From Octopus vulgaris (Eukaryota), in NCBI GenBank assembly GCA_951406725.2, contig OX597814.1:194246001-194310000 (forward strand): 64,000 nucleotides of DNA, given 5' to 3'. The translations under genes and the position numbers were made by a program. This document shows, in pieces, positions 25,606-38,016 of the stretch; positions within the stretch are counted from its first letter, which is position 1, and the number at the start of each line of letters is the position of its first letter. The notes under the pieces were generated by a model, which was not told the DNA's origin, did not search any database, and worked only from the letters and a program-made list of their open reading frames with translations.

Positions 25606-25746
25606 ACCAATAATTAAAACAAGGACACGAAATGCTGATCAGCAAAATATTACTATGCCCCACGTTGGGAATCACAGGTACACACCATACGTTAGAAATA
25701 GCAAATAAAACTTCCCAATTCACATCCTACTTTTTTAAAAATATAA

Positions 25747-26146
25747 CTAGCAGCATAGCCCGGCGTTGCCCGGGTATGTAAGAGCCCCTAGTAGGCAACG
25801 ACTAATCCCAATCTAGTTCTTTCCCTCTAGGGAACGAAGGCGCATGTGTAGGATGCAATGTCTTCTCTTCACACGAATACTTCTATGTATATGATGTTCC
25901 TAGCTGTCTCCCGACCAAAAATGTGTTGCATATAAAAAGCTTAGATTCTCGACCCCATGTCGAATTTATCGATTTTTTTCAGAACTGGGGGAACTTTTCA
26001 AAATTTTCGCTGCGTTAGTTTTGAATTATAACATTGGGCTATGTGTGTGTCAAGTTTCATCAGAATCGGTTGAAAGCCGTGGTCAGGGTGAGGGTACAAC
26101 CTGACAGCCACACAGGCAGACAAACTGCCGTTTATATATATAGAGA
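25747..26146 (-). mobile_element. Non-autonomous Helitron
   Basis: Minus strand TCTCTATATATATAAACGGC ... cccgggcaacgccgggctatgctgCTAG|T. Confidence 0.85.
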
Positions 26147-26999
26147 TAATGTAATCCTAGATACAGTATTTCTCGAGAAAGATTAAAGAACACAATTGCT
26201 TCGGTTGGGATCCTTTGATCTCGGCTCTCTCTTATCAGAGCTGACCTTGTGCTTGCGCCATCGTTATATGCTTTCAGCTCTTCTTGATTTTCAAAGAGGC
26301 GAATTGTTAAGAGTCGTTATAGTCGTTAAATGAAATGCCTTGGCGATATTTGTTACACCGTTCTGCTTCCTGAGTTCAAATCCTGCTGACTTAAGCTTAT
26401 CTATATATTTATTTATTGTCGCTCATCTTTTCAGGCCCGAAGGCAATGACTTAATTGATAGAATTGTTAGTGTTGTCGTACAACGTGTTTTGCAGTACTT
26501 ATTCCGAATGTTTTAAGCTCTGAGTTCAAATTCTACATCAATTTGTTGCTTAAGTCATCTGGAAAATTCGTCCATATTGCTATTCTACCTTCAGCTCACC
26601 TTAAGTAGATCTGGTTCCTCCATTCAATTACTATATCTGACTGAGAAATCAATTGACTCTAACAATCATACCAGTTTGTCTGATTGATAAATACACATTA
26701 TTTTCTTTGTGTCTGCGTATTGATTCATATATATATATATATATATATATATGCATTTCTGAACCTGTTTAGTAACAAATGACCAACATTTGTATATGTG
26801 TGGATGAACGAAATTATTTGTGTCTTTTATTAAATATGTTCAAACCTCACCTACTTACATTTTTATACAAGCTCCAATGTTTTCACTTTTACAACTACTA
26901 CTTTGCTTTTTGACTAACAAACAGGAAATTGTTTGTGTTGTATACATTTGTGCTTTCTTTATTTCTTAAGAACTGAACATGTTGGCGCGTATAACATGT

Positions 27000-27112
27000 T
27001 TGTATATATAGATGAATGAAGGTGCATATATATGTGTATATATATATATAGATGAATGAAAGTGCATATATATGTGTATATATATATATATATAGATGAA
27101 TGAAAGTGCATG

Positions 27113-27148
<36 letters not shown>

Positions 27149-27205
27149 TGAATGAATGAATGAAAGTGCATGTATATGTGCATATATACATGTATACACA
27201 CATAT
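27000..27205. repeat. TA-microsatellite-based minisatellite (gatgaatgaaagtgcat + (TA)n) x4
   Basis: Direct reading. Confidence 0.85.
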
Positions 27206-27489
27206 ATTCATTCATAAGCTGTTTGTAGTAATTGCACGAGTTTAACCTCTCTCTCTTCTTGCAAATTAACATTTAACCTTACACATAAGGATGCAATACT
27301 TCTAATTCTAAAGTCGACCTCGTTCTGAGATCAAATTCCGCCGAGGTCGACTTTGCCTTTCATCCTTTCGGGGTCGATATAATCGACTGACCTCCATCCC
27401 CCAAAATTTCGGGCCTTTTGCCTAGAGTAGAAAAGAAAAGAATACTTCTAATTCATTCCCTCCAATTTTTTGTCTCTCTATCACACACA

Positions 27490-28060
27490 CATATACGTAC
27501 GTCTATAGTATACGTACAACAGTAGTATATACACACACTTATACGTACGTCAATAGTACACGTACAACAATAGTATACACACGCGTATACGTACAACAAT
27601 AGTATACACACGCGTATACGTACAACAATAGTATACACACGCGTATACGTACAACAATAGTATACACACGCGTATACGTACAACAATAGTATACACACGC
27701 GTATACGTACAACAATAGTATACACACGCGTATACGTACAACAGTAGTATACACACGCGTATACGTACAACAGTAGTATATACACACACGCATACGTACA
27801 ACAGTAGTATATACACATACTTATACGTACGTCAATATTACACGTACACACATGTACGTGCAACAGTAGTTTACACACACGTATATACGTACAACAGTAG
27901 TATACACACACACGCGTATACGTACGACAATAGTATACACACACGGATACGTACGACAGTAGTATACACACACTTTTACGTACGTCAATAGTATACACAT
28001 ACACACATCCGTACATCAATAGTACGTACGTACACACACATACACACAACGTACGTACGC
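27490..28060. repeat. 29 bp minisatellite (tacgtacaacaatagtatacacacgcgta)n
   Basis: Period of 29 verified (27591, 27620...). About 7 near-perfect units with degenerate flanks. Confidence 0.92.
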
Positions 28061-28972
28061 CCAATGGTACACGCTCGCAATATCAACAACGACAGTAACC
28101 ACATCCTGTTTTAAGATTATTTTCTCTTGAAGGATTTCCAAACTTAAGACATGGCTTTTAACTTCAGATTAGGGTCAGCTGGATGTTAGTAGAGCGGCGG
28201 AAAGACAACAGGTATTTATTTGTCTTGTGTCAGGTTACTCTGGTACATTGGCTCCTGTCGTTAGGGCGATGTATATCAAATTGACACCTCTTGTATTTAC
28301 TTTGCTAGAAATAGCAACCTAATCTCCTTCAAACCCATTCCCATGATCTTAAACTAAGGACGATATAATAATAATAGTCGATGTAAATGTTGGTTAATTG
28401 GTTGATTTTCTCCATTGATGCTTTACATGGTAAAAAATATAGGAAGCGTAAGAGAGATATTTAGTTAACGTAAGAGGTGCCACATGAATGCAGACGCTAG
28501 GCTTGGTGGAAGGCAATGAGTAAAAGAAGGCTACACACACACACACACACGTTGAGAAAGAGTTTTACAGACGGGAGAGGAAGAGAGTAACAAAGTTGTT
28601 ATAGTTGTACAAATGAATAATTTGTTGCGATTATATTTTATTAATTTTGTTTTTGTAAATTATGATTAGTCATCGTTTTGTATAAGCACCAAGAAATTTG
28701 ATCCAAGTTATAATTGTTGAACATACACCATATTTCCCGATATTCATGATGGTAAAAGCATACTTTCAAATTTAATATGACATATATATATATATAATAT
28801 CACCAGCCCTCTTTCACACGCACATACGTACTCTCTTATAAACACGCACCTTCGTTTTGGGATCGCTACTACTTTATCTCCCCTACTTCTTAGCTTTCCT
28901 GTGTGATCCTTCTGTCCGGCATTCGCCATTATAGATCGGTAGCCACTACACACATTTTTTTCTCTCCTTGTT

Positions 28973-29010
28973 TCTTTCTGTGGAAGAGCATAGGCTCGAA
29001 ACGTTAAAGA
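28973..29010 (+). ncRNA. Minimal type-I hammerhead-like motif (Penelope-type LTR remnant)
   Basis: tcttt-CTGTGGA-a-gagc(atag)gctc-GAAA-C-GTT-aaaga. Stems I and II pair. Core A6 is replaced by U. Confidence 0.5.
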
Positions 29011-29098
29011 CTTTTTCAATCCCCGAGCGTTATACTAATACATCTGTTTGTTTTCTACACCACCTGTCTTCGTGTTTTTTTTTTTTTTCGTGAATTCT

Positions 29099-29156
<58 letters not shown>

Positions 29157-29231
29157 CAGATTTGTACAAAAAACAGTTGAGGGGATAAACAAGGTACCTG
29201 TATTCGTTTGACGCTTCGGAAAAATGGAAGA

Positions 29232-29271
29232 GTCTTTGACGTTTCGGGCCTAAGCTTTTCTACAGAAAGAC
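29232..29271 (-). ncRNA. Second hammerhead-like motif, inverted
   Basis: gtcttt-CTGTAGA-aaagcttaggccc-GAAA-C-GTC-aaagac. 6 bp stem I. Stem II degenerate. Confidence 0.45.
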
Positions 29272-30315
29272 AAGAGAAAAAAACGTGTCTGGATTCACGG
29301 TTGCTCGTGTGTGATATATATATATATATATATATCCATCCTACATTTCCTCTATATATCACGACCAGTAAAACACTAAATATAGCAGTGACGAAACCAC
29401 TGTGTTAGAAGCAGATTGTCAATAATGGAACGTTATAATTTTGGTTGGAATGCATTTGATCAAAGGTTTCCTCTGTTAAAGTTGATTTGGGTTAAACTAC
29501 TATTCCCCAACCGGTTTTTTCCCCCCACGGACCTGGTGGTTGCGCGCATAACAAAGCACAATAAAGTGCATAATATATAATTTAATTATTACATATGTAA
29601 TTATATCAGTATTATGCACATATACGAGTGAGTGCTGAAAAGTTGCTGGATTTGGGTAAAAGAAAATACAGGGGAATAAGTTAATTATGATTTGGATCTT
29701 TTCACTTTGACCGACAGATTTAAAAAATAATTTTTTGTAACTAATCACTTTTAAACTTCGTATACTGGTAGAATGCGTCACAAAAAACATTTTTTACTCT
29801 TGGCGTTCTTGAGAAAATTCTGTAGTTTGTAAGCTATTTGTTATTAAATTTCTCGTATTTCGGCAATTTCAACCAGTCAACGACGTCTATTGAGGTGAAT
29901 ACAATTACTGCTGTTGTTCGGCTACATGTTTTTACTTTCATATTTAATTGCTTGAAAACGTGATCAAATTATCATAGGACTGGCGGGGAAATTATCTTTG
30001 TGAAAGAAATTTCATTTGAAGTATTTTCGCTTTATAATTTTAATGCAAATATCCAATATTAAATTCATTTAAGTTTTACCAATAATTACAGCGAACAACA
30101 TCGCCGGACATTTGCAACTAGCCATTTAAAATAAGTTTTTCTTTTACGTCGAATTTTTCTCGAAATCCAAAGATAATCCAATAAACCAGCCTCAGACTAC
30201 GATATACACACACAATTATTTGTCGATTTTGTTAAGTTATGAAATAACTGAATATTTTTGATAACATTCTATGACCAAGCAGGGTGGGGTGGTAGAAAAC
30301 TTTTATTTCTATAAT

Positions 30316-30690
30316 TACTCCTTTACTTGTTTCAGTCATTTGACTGCGGCCATGCTGGAGCACCGCCTTTAGTCGAGCAAATCGAACCCAGGACTTATTC
30401 TTTGTAAGCCTAGTACTTATTCCATCGGTATCTTTTGCCGAACCTCTAAGTTACGGGGACATAAACACACCAGCATCGGTTGTCAAGCGATGTTGGGAGA
30501 ACAAACACACACATATATATATATATACGACGGGCTTCTTTCAGTTTCCGTCTACCAAATTCACTCACAAGGTTTTGGTCGGCCCGAGGCTATAGTAGAA
30601 GACACTTGTCCAAAGTGCCACGCAGTGGGACTGAACCAGGAACCATGTGGTTGTTAAGCAAGCTGCTTACCACACAGCCACTCCTGCACC
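30316..30690 (-). mobile_element. SINE family A
   Basis: Head to tail intact. Confidence 0.9.
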
Positions 30691-31189
30691 TAATTCATAA
30701 CTAAATTTAAAAAAATTTTCCGTTGTAATTTTAAATTTTGAATATTAATTTCGTTAAAAGGTACAAAAAAACCCCCTCATAACTCAAGCTTTCCACCATG
30801 TAATGAAAGTGAAAAACATTTTCTTTTAGTAGTTTTAAAGAAAATATTACGCTATTTCAACCTGTACAGTTGAACATTGGTTTCTGTGTACCTCGAGTAC
30901 GTACAGTGTGTTAGTTTCGTTTTATTATTGCCCTAGTGCGTCAGTTTCGTTTTATATTGCCTTGGTGTATTTTAATAGATCTACGGTTGGGAGATTGAGC
31001 GTTAAACGACAGGTGTGACCCAATGATTCATGCTTGCAGAATGCACACGCCTTCGCCCGACAACTACGTCTTATTTGACATGCAACTGTGGCTAATTGTA
31101 TGTGGTGCAGTGTTTGCAGTCCAGGCACATTGTAGTGTCTTCATTTTTCACTCTTTCGGTAAACACCTCGTTTCGATACAGATCGTCCC

Positions 31190-31826
31190 AGAGCGGTTCC
31201 GGTGTGCGTACTCGCGCATCTGCGCTAGCTAGTCGATCCTACAACTACCTAGCAAAGTAAATAAAACACAAAATAAATAATTTTTTTATACAAAGTAAAT
31301 AATTTTTTTTAAAACAAAGTAAATAAAACACAAAGTAAATAATTTTTTAGGCGTAGGAGTGGCTGTGTGGTAAGTAGCTTGTTAACCAACCACATGGTTC
31401 CGGGTTCAGTCCCACTGCCGTGGCACCTTGGGCAAGTGTCTTCTACTATAGCCTCGGGCCGACCAAAGCCTTGTGAGTGGATTTGGTAGACGGAAACTGG
31501 AAGAAGCCCGTCGTATATATGTGTGTATATGTTTGTGTGTCTGTGTTTGTCCCCCCACCATTGCTAGACAACCGATGCTGGTGTGTTTACGTCCCCGTAA
31601 CTTAGCGGTTCAGCAAAAGACACCGATAGAATAAGTACTAGGCTTACAAAGAATAAGTCTTGGGGTCGATTTACTCGACTAGAAGGCGGTGCTCCAGCAT
31701 GGCCGCAGTCAAATGACAGAAACAAGTAAAAGAGTAAAGTAAATAAAATACAAAAACACAAAATAAGGATCGACTAGTCACGACTAGCTAGCGCGGATGC
31801 GCCAGTACGCGAACCGGGACCACTCT
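31190..31826. mobile_element. MITE with ~46 bp GC-rich TIRs and nested SINE
   Basis: agagcggttccggtgtgcgtactcgcgcatctgcgctagctagtcg / cgactagctagcgcggatgcgccagtacgcgaaccgggaccactct. SINE at 31349-31740. Confidence 0.75.
31349..31740 (+). mobile_element. SINE family A
   Basis: Head to tail intact. Confidence 0.9.
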
Positions 31827-32207
31827 TCTTAAGTAGTACCGGTTTATTTGTTATCAAAGACGTTCCAGTTAAAACTTTTCTTGCCTTTTTAACAATGAAG
31901 AGAGTACTCCGTGTCTGGAATGCAAATACTGCACGTCATGCAATTAACCATTGCATTCAGTCAAAATATCTGAAAGAAAAAAAAACAAGTCTAGTTGGCT
32001 TCGCGTGTCGTTGATCTCTCAATACACTGGAACAACACAAAACCAAAACACTATATGTATGTGTGGTACATACACGCTTATGCTCGGCTGAATTAAGCCG
32101 TGTAACGAAGTAACACAATACATATAGGAGGAAAAAAGCAAACATTGAAAAAATATTTAATAAACCTTTTCTACCATGTGAGTTTTACATCGAACGAAAA
32201 CCTGATA

Positions 32208-32431
32208 AGCTGGCAGAATCGTTAGCACGCCGGGCGAAATCCGTAGGCGTATTTCGTCTGCCTTTACGTTCTGAGTTCAAATTCCGCCGAGGTCGACTTT
32301 GCCTTTCATCCTTTCGGGGTCGATAAATTAAGTACTAGTTACGCACTGGGGTCGATATAATCGACTTAATCCGTTTGTCTGTCCTTGTTTGTCCTCTCTC
32401 TGTTTAGCCCCTTGTGGGTAGTAAAGAAATA
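32208..32431 (+). mobile_element. SINE family B
   Basis: Near-full monomer. Confidence 0.88.
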
Positions 32432-33137
32432 CATATATATTCTTACAACAAATTTTAACAATGCTATTTTAAATTAAAGAGAGAGCTAATTTGAGGCGCA
32501 AAATCACAATTATCAGTTAAAGTCAGTTATTTCACATTTATGAAAATAAAAGAAAAGATTGTTTTCCTACTCCATGATAGAGTAACGTTGTTTAAGTTTT
32601 CGAAAATGTTCAGTTAGTGTATAATTTGCATAACAATCAAATTAATATTGATCTGTAGATCACACCTGTCGTTTAACGGTCTACTTTCGCGCCAAACTAT
32701 GTATCGATAAATACACTAGAACAATACAAAACTATAAACCAAAGACTGTACACCTCCGAGATACATAGAGAGAGCTTTATGCAACGAAATAATGTAAGAA
32801 AAAAGAAAACACTTTTCATAAGCTTTTTCCGTAATTAATTTTCATTATATTTTCAGGCATTCTTTCGTTGACAAGTTTACTGCTTCTAATGAAAGAATGC
32901 CTATTTTCAGAAGTTGAAAATCTAATAATAACATTTTTATAGCAGATTTTAATAAAACTAATGCTAGACAAAAAAAATACTGCCAACTTGAAATGAGATA
33001 AATTTGGTATTTTTCTAATATGAAGCAATTGTCCTTTTAAGTTAGTTTACCGTATTTGGTAGGACATAAATAAGGACACACTGTTTACAAAACAATATCT
33101 CGAAAAATCGCCCTGGGACCTATAAGCAAAGTTGTCA

Positions 33138-33547
33138 GATCTTTTCGGTTTGAACAGCAGTTTTTTCTAGCGGTGTCATGTGAAATTGTCACCCATGATT
33201 ATGACCCTAGTATCGATCTATTGCATTTCAATCTGTTTTAGGGTTAGGGGTGAGGGGAAGGGCATCTTTTTTTTCTTCAGAAATGTAAATAAACCCAATC
33301 TGTTTCTTAAACGAGGGACATATTCATATGGCACAGAATGTTTTCACCTCAATAGACGTCATTGATTGGTTGAAATTGCAGAAATTGAAGAAAAAACAAC
33401 AACAAATATCTTACAAACCATAGAATTTTCTCAATAAAGCCAAGAGAAAAAGATGTTTTATAAACACATTCTACCAGTATACGAAGTTTAAAAGTGTTTA
33501 GTTACGTGGAAATTATGTTAAAAACTGCCGTTCAAACCGAAAAGATC
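33138..33547. mobile_element. MITE with 28 bp TIRs
   Basis: gatcttttcggtttgaacagcagttttt / aaaaactgccgttcaaaccgaaaagatc. Confidence 0.85.
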
Positions 33548-34153
33548 CATTATATTTTCAGGCAATCTTTCGTTGACAAGTTTACTGCTTCTAATGAAAG
33601 AATGCCTATTTTCAGAAGTTGAAAATCTAATAATAACATTTTTATAGCAGATTTTAATAAAACTAATGCTAGACAAAAAAATATTGCCAACTTGAAATGA
33701 GATAAATTTCCGTATTTTTCTAATATGAAGCAATTGTCCTTTTAAGTTTGTTTACCGTATTTGGTAGGACATAAGGACGCTCTGTTTACAAAACAATATT
33801 TCGAAAAATCACTCTGGGACCTATATGCGAAGTTGTCCCTTCCATAAGATTTAATGCACCGAAATCTTTTCCTTTTGACTATGCACTGCTGAAATAGGGA
33901 AGCGCCTGTGCATATTTTGTCATCATTCCACAATTACGGAAATAAAAATTTGATTCCCGCAACGAGTAATAATGACGTTTTAAATTTTTGAAAACATTCA
34001 GATGTTTAATGTTTTGTTATATAAAACATAAACAGAAGTGCAGTTTATTGGATTATCTTTGAGTTACGGTTCAGTTCAGTCCGTTATCACTGACAATTTG
34101 TATATGAGACGCATGTCTGCCAAGCTTGTGTCAAAAGCAAACTTCTTAACTGC

Positions 34154-34188
<35 letters not shown>

Positions 34189-34689
34189 GTTTAACGTCCG
34201 CTTTCCATGCTAGCATGGGTTGGACGGTTCAACTGGGGTCTGGGAAGCCCGAAGGCTGCACCAGACCCAGCTCAAAATTCGTTTACTCCATAAATGAACA
34301 GCAAAAGATATGTGAGGTGTGAAAGATGAAACAAGAGGAGATTAAGTCCAACCAAGTAAGCTATGGTAGGATTTGAACCCAGAATCTAAAGGATTTGAAC
34401 AAGGCGTAGGTGTGGTGATGTTGTTCCAAGTTCAGGCGTAGGTGTGGTGATGTAGTTACAGGTTCAGTCCCACTGCATAGTACCTTCATGAATATTCTAT
34501 GAAATTGTCTCAAAAGAAAAAGGGTCTTAATTTTGTAGTCACTTTTTAATGCTAGCCATGAACATAATATAAAATGGTTGGTTATGTTAGCTATATTTGC
34601 AAAACAAAAAAAAATTTGATTTTAAGGTTTTCACAATATCATGAAAACAATCACACATTTATCTAATTTCACCAAACTAAGTTATGTAA

Positions 34690-34770
34690 AAATAACTTCG
34701 GTACTAGTATCGTAGACTGGTCCCGGTTTACGCACACGCGCAGGCGACTTCGGTACTTCCGTGTTTTACT
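34690..34770. promoter_or_regulatory. Candidate CCDC85 promoter (CpG-rich patch)
   Basis: Non-repeat CpG cluster with NRF1-like cgcacacgcgca, ETS core acttccg and duplicated acttcggtact. Lies at the edge of the CpG-depleted domain. The first coding exon has an acceptor, so an upstream non-coding exon is needed. Confidence 0.4.
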
Positions 34771-35121
34771 AAAATATGTTACTACTACCCCAAGCATTTT
34801 CACAGCATTCATTTTACTATCTTTATTATTTTTTCATTTACCTAAGCGATCACTATTTCATTTTCCCACAATAACAGCTCTTAAACCTAACAAGGCTTCC
34901 TCTGAGCCTAGCAACTTCGTTGAATTTAGGCTTAACATATTGAAACTAATCCTGCTTTTATAGGATAGGCACTAATAAGTTTTCTGATTTCATATGTATT
35001 ATAATTGAATCACAGACTTCATCTTTATTAATCACACTTGCAAAATTTGCACTGAGCCAAACCAGTATTTCTTTCAGCAGCAACTAAACCAGTTATAGTA
35101 AATTATTCGGATCTTTACCTT

Positions 35122-35828
35122 TTGACCGACAGATTTAAAAAATAATTTTTTGTAACTAAACACTTTCAAACTTCGTATACTGGTAGTATGTGTCACATAA
35201 AACATCTTTTACTCTTGGCGTTGTTGAGAAAATTCTGTATTTTGGAAGTTATTTCTTGTTAAAGTTGTGGTATTTCGGTAATTTCAACCAATCAATGACG
35301 TGTATTCAACTGAATAAAATTACTGCTGTAGTTTGTCAGCAACAACTTCCAGCAGTGTATATTTCATTTGTCACTGTTATTTATGACATATTTCATCTCA
35401 GTTACATTTGTATGAATAAACGAGTGTATCTGAAGCATGTTTACTTCATGGCACCACCATAATCATTTGCGCTTCATTTTTAATTTTTTTTCCGTAACTC
35501 TAACCCTAACACCCTAACTCCAAAACCTTAAAGCTAAAAACCAGTACAAACGCACGAACGATGTCATAAATAACAGTGACAAACGAAATATACACCGCTG
35601 ATAGTCGTTGTTGACAAACAGCGGCAGTAATTTTATTCAGCTGAATACACGTCATTGATTGGTTGAAATTACCGAAATATGACAACTTTAACACAAAATA
35701 ACTTCCAAAATACAGAATTTTCTCAACAACGCCAAGAGTAAAAGATGTTTTCTTTTACTCAATCTACCAGTATATGAAGTTTGAAAGTGTTTAGTTACAA
35801 AAAATTATTTTTTAAATCTGTCGGTCAA
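35122..35828. mobile_element. Foldback MITE with ~270 bp inverted arms
   Basis: 35122-35389 is the reverse complement of 35561-35828. A solo arm of the same family is at ~29707-29920. Confidence 0.88.
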
Positions 35829-36171
35829 CCATGTGGTTGGGAAGCAAACTTCTTAACCGCGCACATTCTCAAAATTCGTTTACTCCATAAATGAACAACA
35901 AAACATGTGAGGTAGGAAAGATGAAACAAGGGGAGATTAATTCCAACCAAGTAAGCTATGGTAGGATTTGAACTCAGAATGCAAAGGATTAGAACAAGGC
36001 GTATGTGTGGTGATGTTGTTCCAGGTTCAGGCATAGGTGTGGTGATGTTATTACAGGTTCAGTCCCACTGCATAGTACCTTGGGTGTCTCCCGCTATAGC
36101 CCTAGGCTGACCAAAGCATTGTGAGTGGATTTGGTTGATGAAAACTGTAAGAAGCCTCTTGAATGTATGTA

Positions 36172-37040
36172 CAAGGTCTGATCAAGAAGTATCCGGACTG
36201 TTGTCAGTAACGAAGCTAAAGCATGCAGTGTGAAGCCGCTTGGCAAATGTTGACTTATTGTGTATGCACTGCAGAGTTCAAAGTCTTAACGTTTTAGCTC
36301 ACTTCTGCTGTTTACAGTAGTGCTTGGAAGGAAGGTGTGTAGTGTGTGATCATCGCATTGACCATGACAGAGAAAGTTGTAATGGCAATAGGCCTATGCA
36401 AAGTTGCAGAAAGCATATGGAGAGGAGTGTATGAGCCACACACAAGTGTACGAGTGGTTCATACATTTCCAAGATAACTGAAAAAACGTCAATATTGACA
36501 AACGTTCTGAGAGATCCACAACCAGCAGAACTGAGAAAAACATCACAGATGTGCATGCAGCTGTGAAGGGAAATCATCGAATCACCATCCGTGAGTTATC
36601 AGAAGATGTGCAGATTAGTTACGGTTCGGTTCAGTCCGTTATCACTGACGACTGGGGTATGAGACGAGTGTCTGCCAAGCTTGTGTCAAAACTGCTTTCA
36701 GCTGAATTAAAAGACACTCAAGCTTCAGTTGTACAAAATCTTGATTGTGTTGAGAATAATGAAAACTTTGTGTAGGCCTCTGAGCAGGTATCACCAAGCT
36801 TTTGGCAAAATTTGATGCAGATTCTCTGCTCAGCTTCTTCTATCATGGCCAATGCTACGATCACACGCTACACACCTTCCTTCCAAGCTCTTCTGTAAAC
36901 AGCGGAAGTGAGCTAGAATGTTAAAACTTACTGTACATGCTCAACAGAGTTCAAGGTCAATCTGTGCCAAGCGGCATCACTCTGCGTGCTTTAGCTTCGT
37001 TACTATGACAACAGTCCGGATACTTATTGATCAGACCACG
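36172..37040 (+). mobile_element. Mariner-derived element with long (~190 bp) TIRs and transposase N-terminal fragment
   Basis: TA|caaggtctgatcaagaagtatccggactg ... cagtccggatacttattgatcagaccacg|TA. Encodes LQKAYGEECMSHTQVYEWF and RITIRELSEDVQISYGSVQSVITDDWGMRRVSAKLV. Nested in a SINE. Confidence 0.88.
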
Positions 37041-37642
37041 TATGTGTTTATATCCCTCACCCCCACTTGACCACCAATGTTGCTTTATGTCTCCATAACT
37101 TAATGGTTCATCAAAGGAGACCAATATAATCAGTACCAGGTTTTAAAAAGAAAATAAGTCCTGGGGTTGATCCATTCAACCAAAACACTTCAAAAGCAGT
37201 GCCCCAGCATGGCTGCAGTCAAATGACTGAAAAAAATATAAAAACAAATAAATACTGCTAGGCATTCAGTTTGGTGTTCTTCCAAGCAATCTACCACCCT
37301 GCCGTGGTTCCTTTTTAAACTGTGCCTTTAGAATGAAAGGTACACTTGACCTAACTGGAAATTAGCTAAATTGGCAACCCCGAGGCTACAATTACTTGAA
37401 GCAGGAATTTAACTTAAAAATGCTTAAGTCAATCAATGTTCATATACTTAGTATTGTGAATCAAGAATTTTTAATTAAAAGTACACCAATGGAAAGAAGA
37501 AATAAGTCATTAGCTTGTGTTGTCTTCCCTGTTCTTTTCACTAGAATTAAGCTAATGATTTTTCCTCTCTCTTTCAATGAAAGTATGTTGGCATTTCTAC
37601 TTAATCTGTAATTTTCTGATTTTACAAGACTAATAATTCCTT

Positions 37643-38016
37643 TATTACCTCTGCCTTAGCAGAGGCGGGGGTATTGTTTTCAGTCGTGTTTGTTTGTTTG
37701 TTTGACTGTGGACAAGATATCTCAAGAACTGCTGGATGGATTCTGAAGAAACTTTCAGGGATGTTTGGCCTCATGACTGGCACAAACTGATTAGATTTTG
37801 GGATCGATCTGGTACCGGACAAAGATTCTGGATTATTTTTCCTGTTTTTTTTTTTTTACTTAATTTTTGAGAGCGGTCAGGTTCATTTTTAGCATTCTTG
37901 TTTGTGAGAGCTGTCAAGTTTTTATTTCAGATATTCTAAATTTAAAAATCATCTCTGGCTAATCATTGAGAGGACGTTGGTGTTGCCTTGGTGGTGGTTT
38001 GCGCTCTCTGAGTGCT
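37643..38016 (+). mobile_element. Helentron/HINE (DINE-1-like) non-autonomous element
   Basis: 5' tattacctctgcc with short hairpin, (gttt)n microsatellite, 3' ccttggtggtggt sub-TIR, then a gcgctctctgagtgc stem-loop. Confidence 0.6.

Noticed and set aside
27550-27800. CRISPR-like 29 bp periodicity
   Set aside because: Units are contiguous with no unique spacers, there are no cas genes, and the context is eukaryotic. It is a minisatellite.
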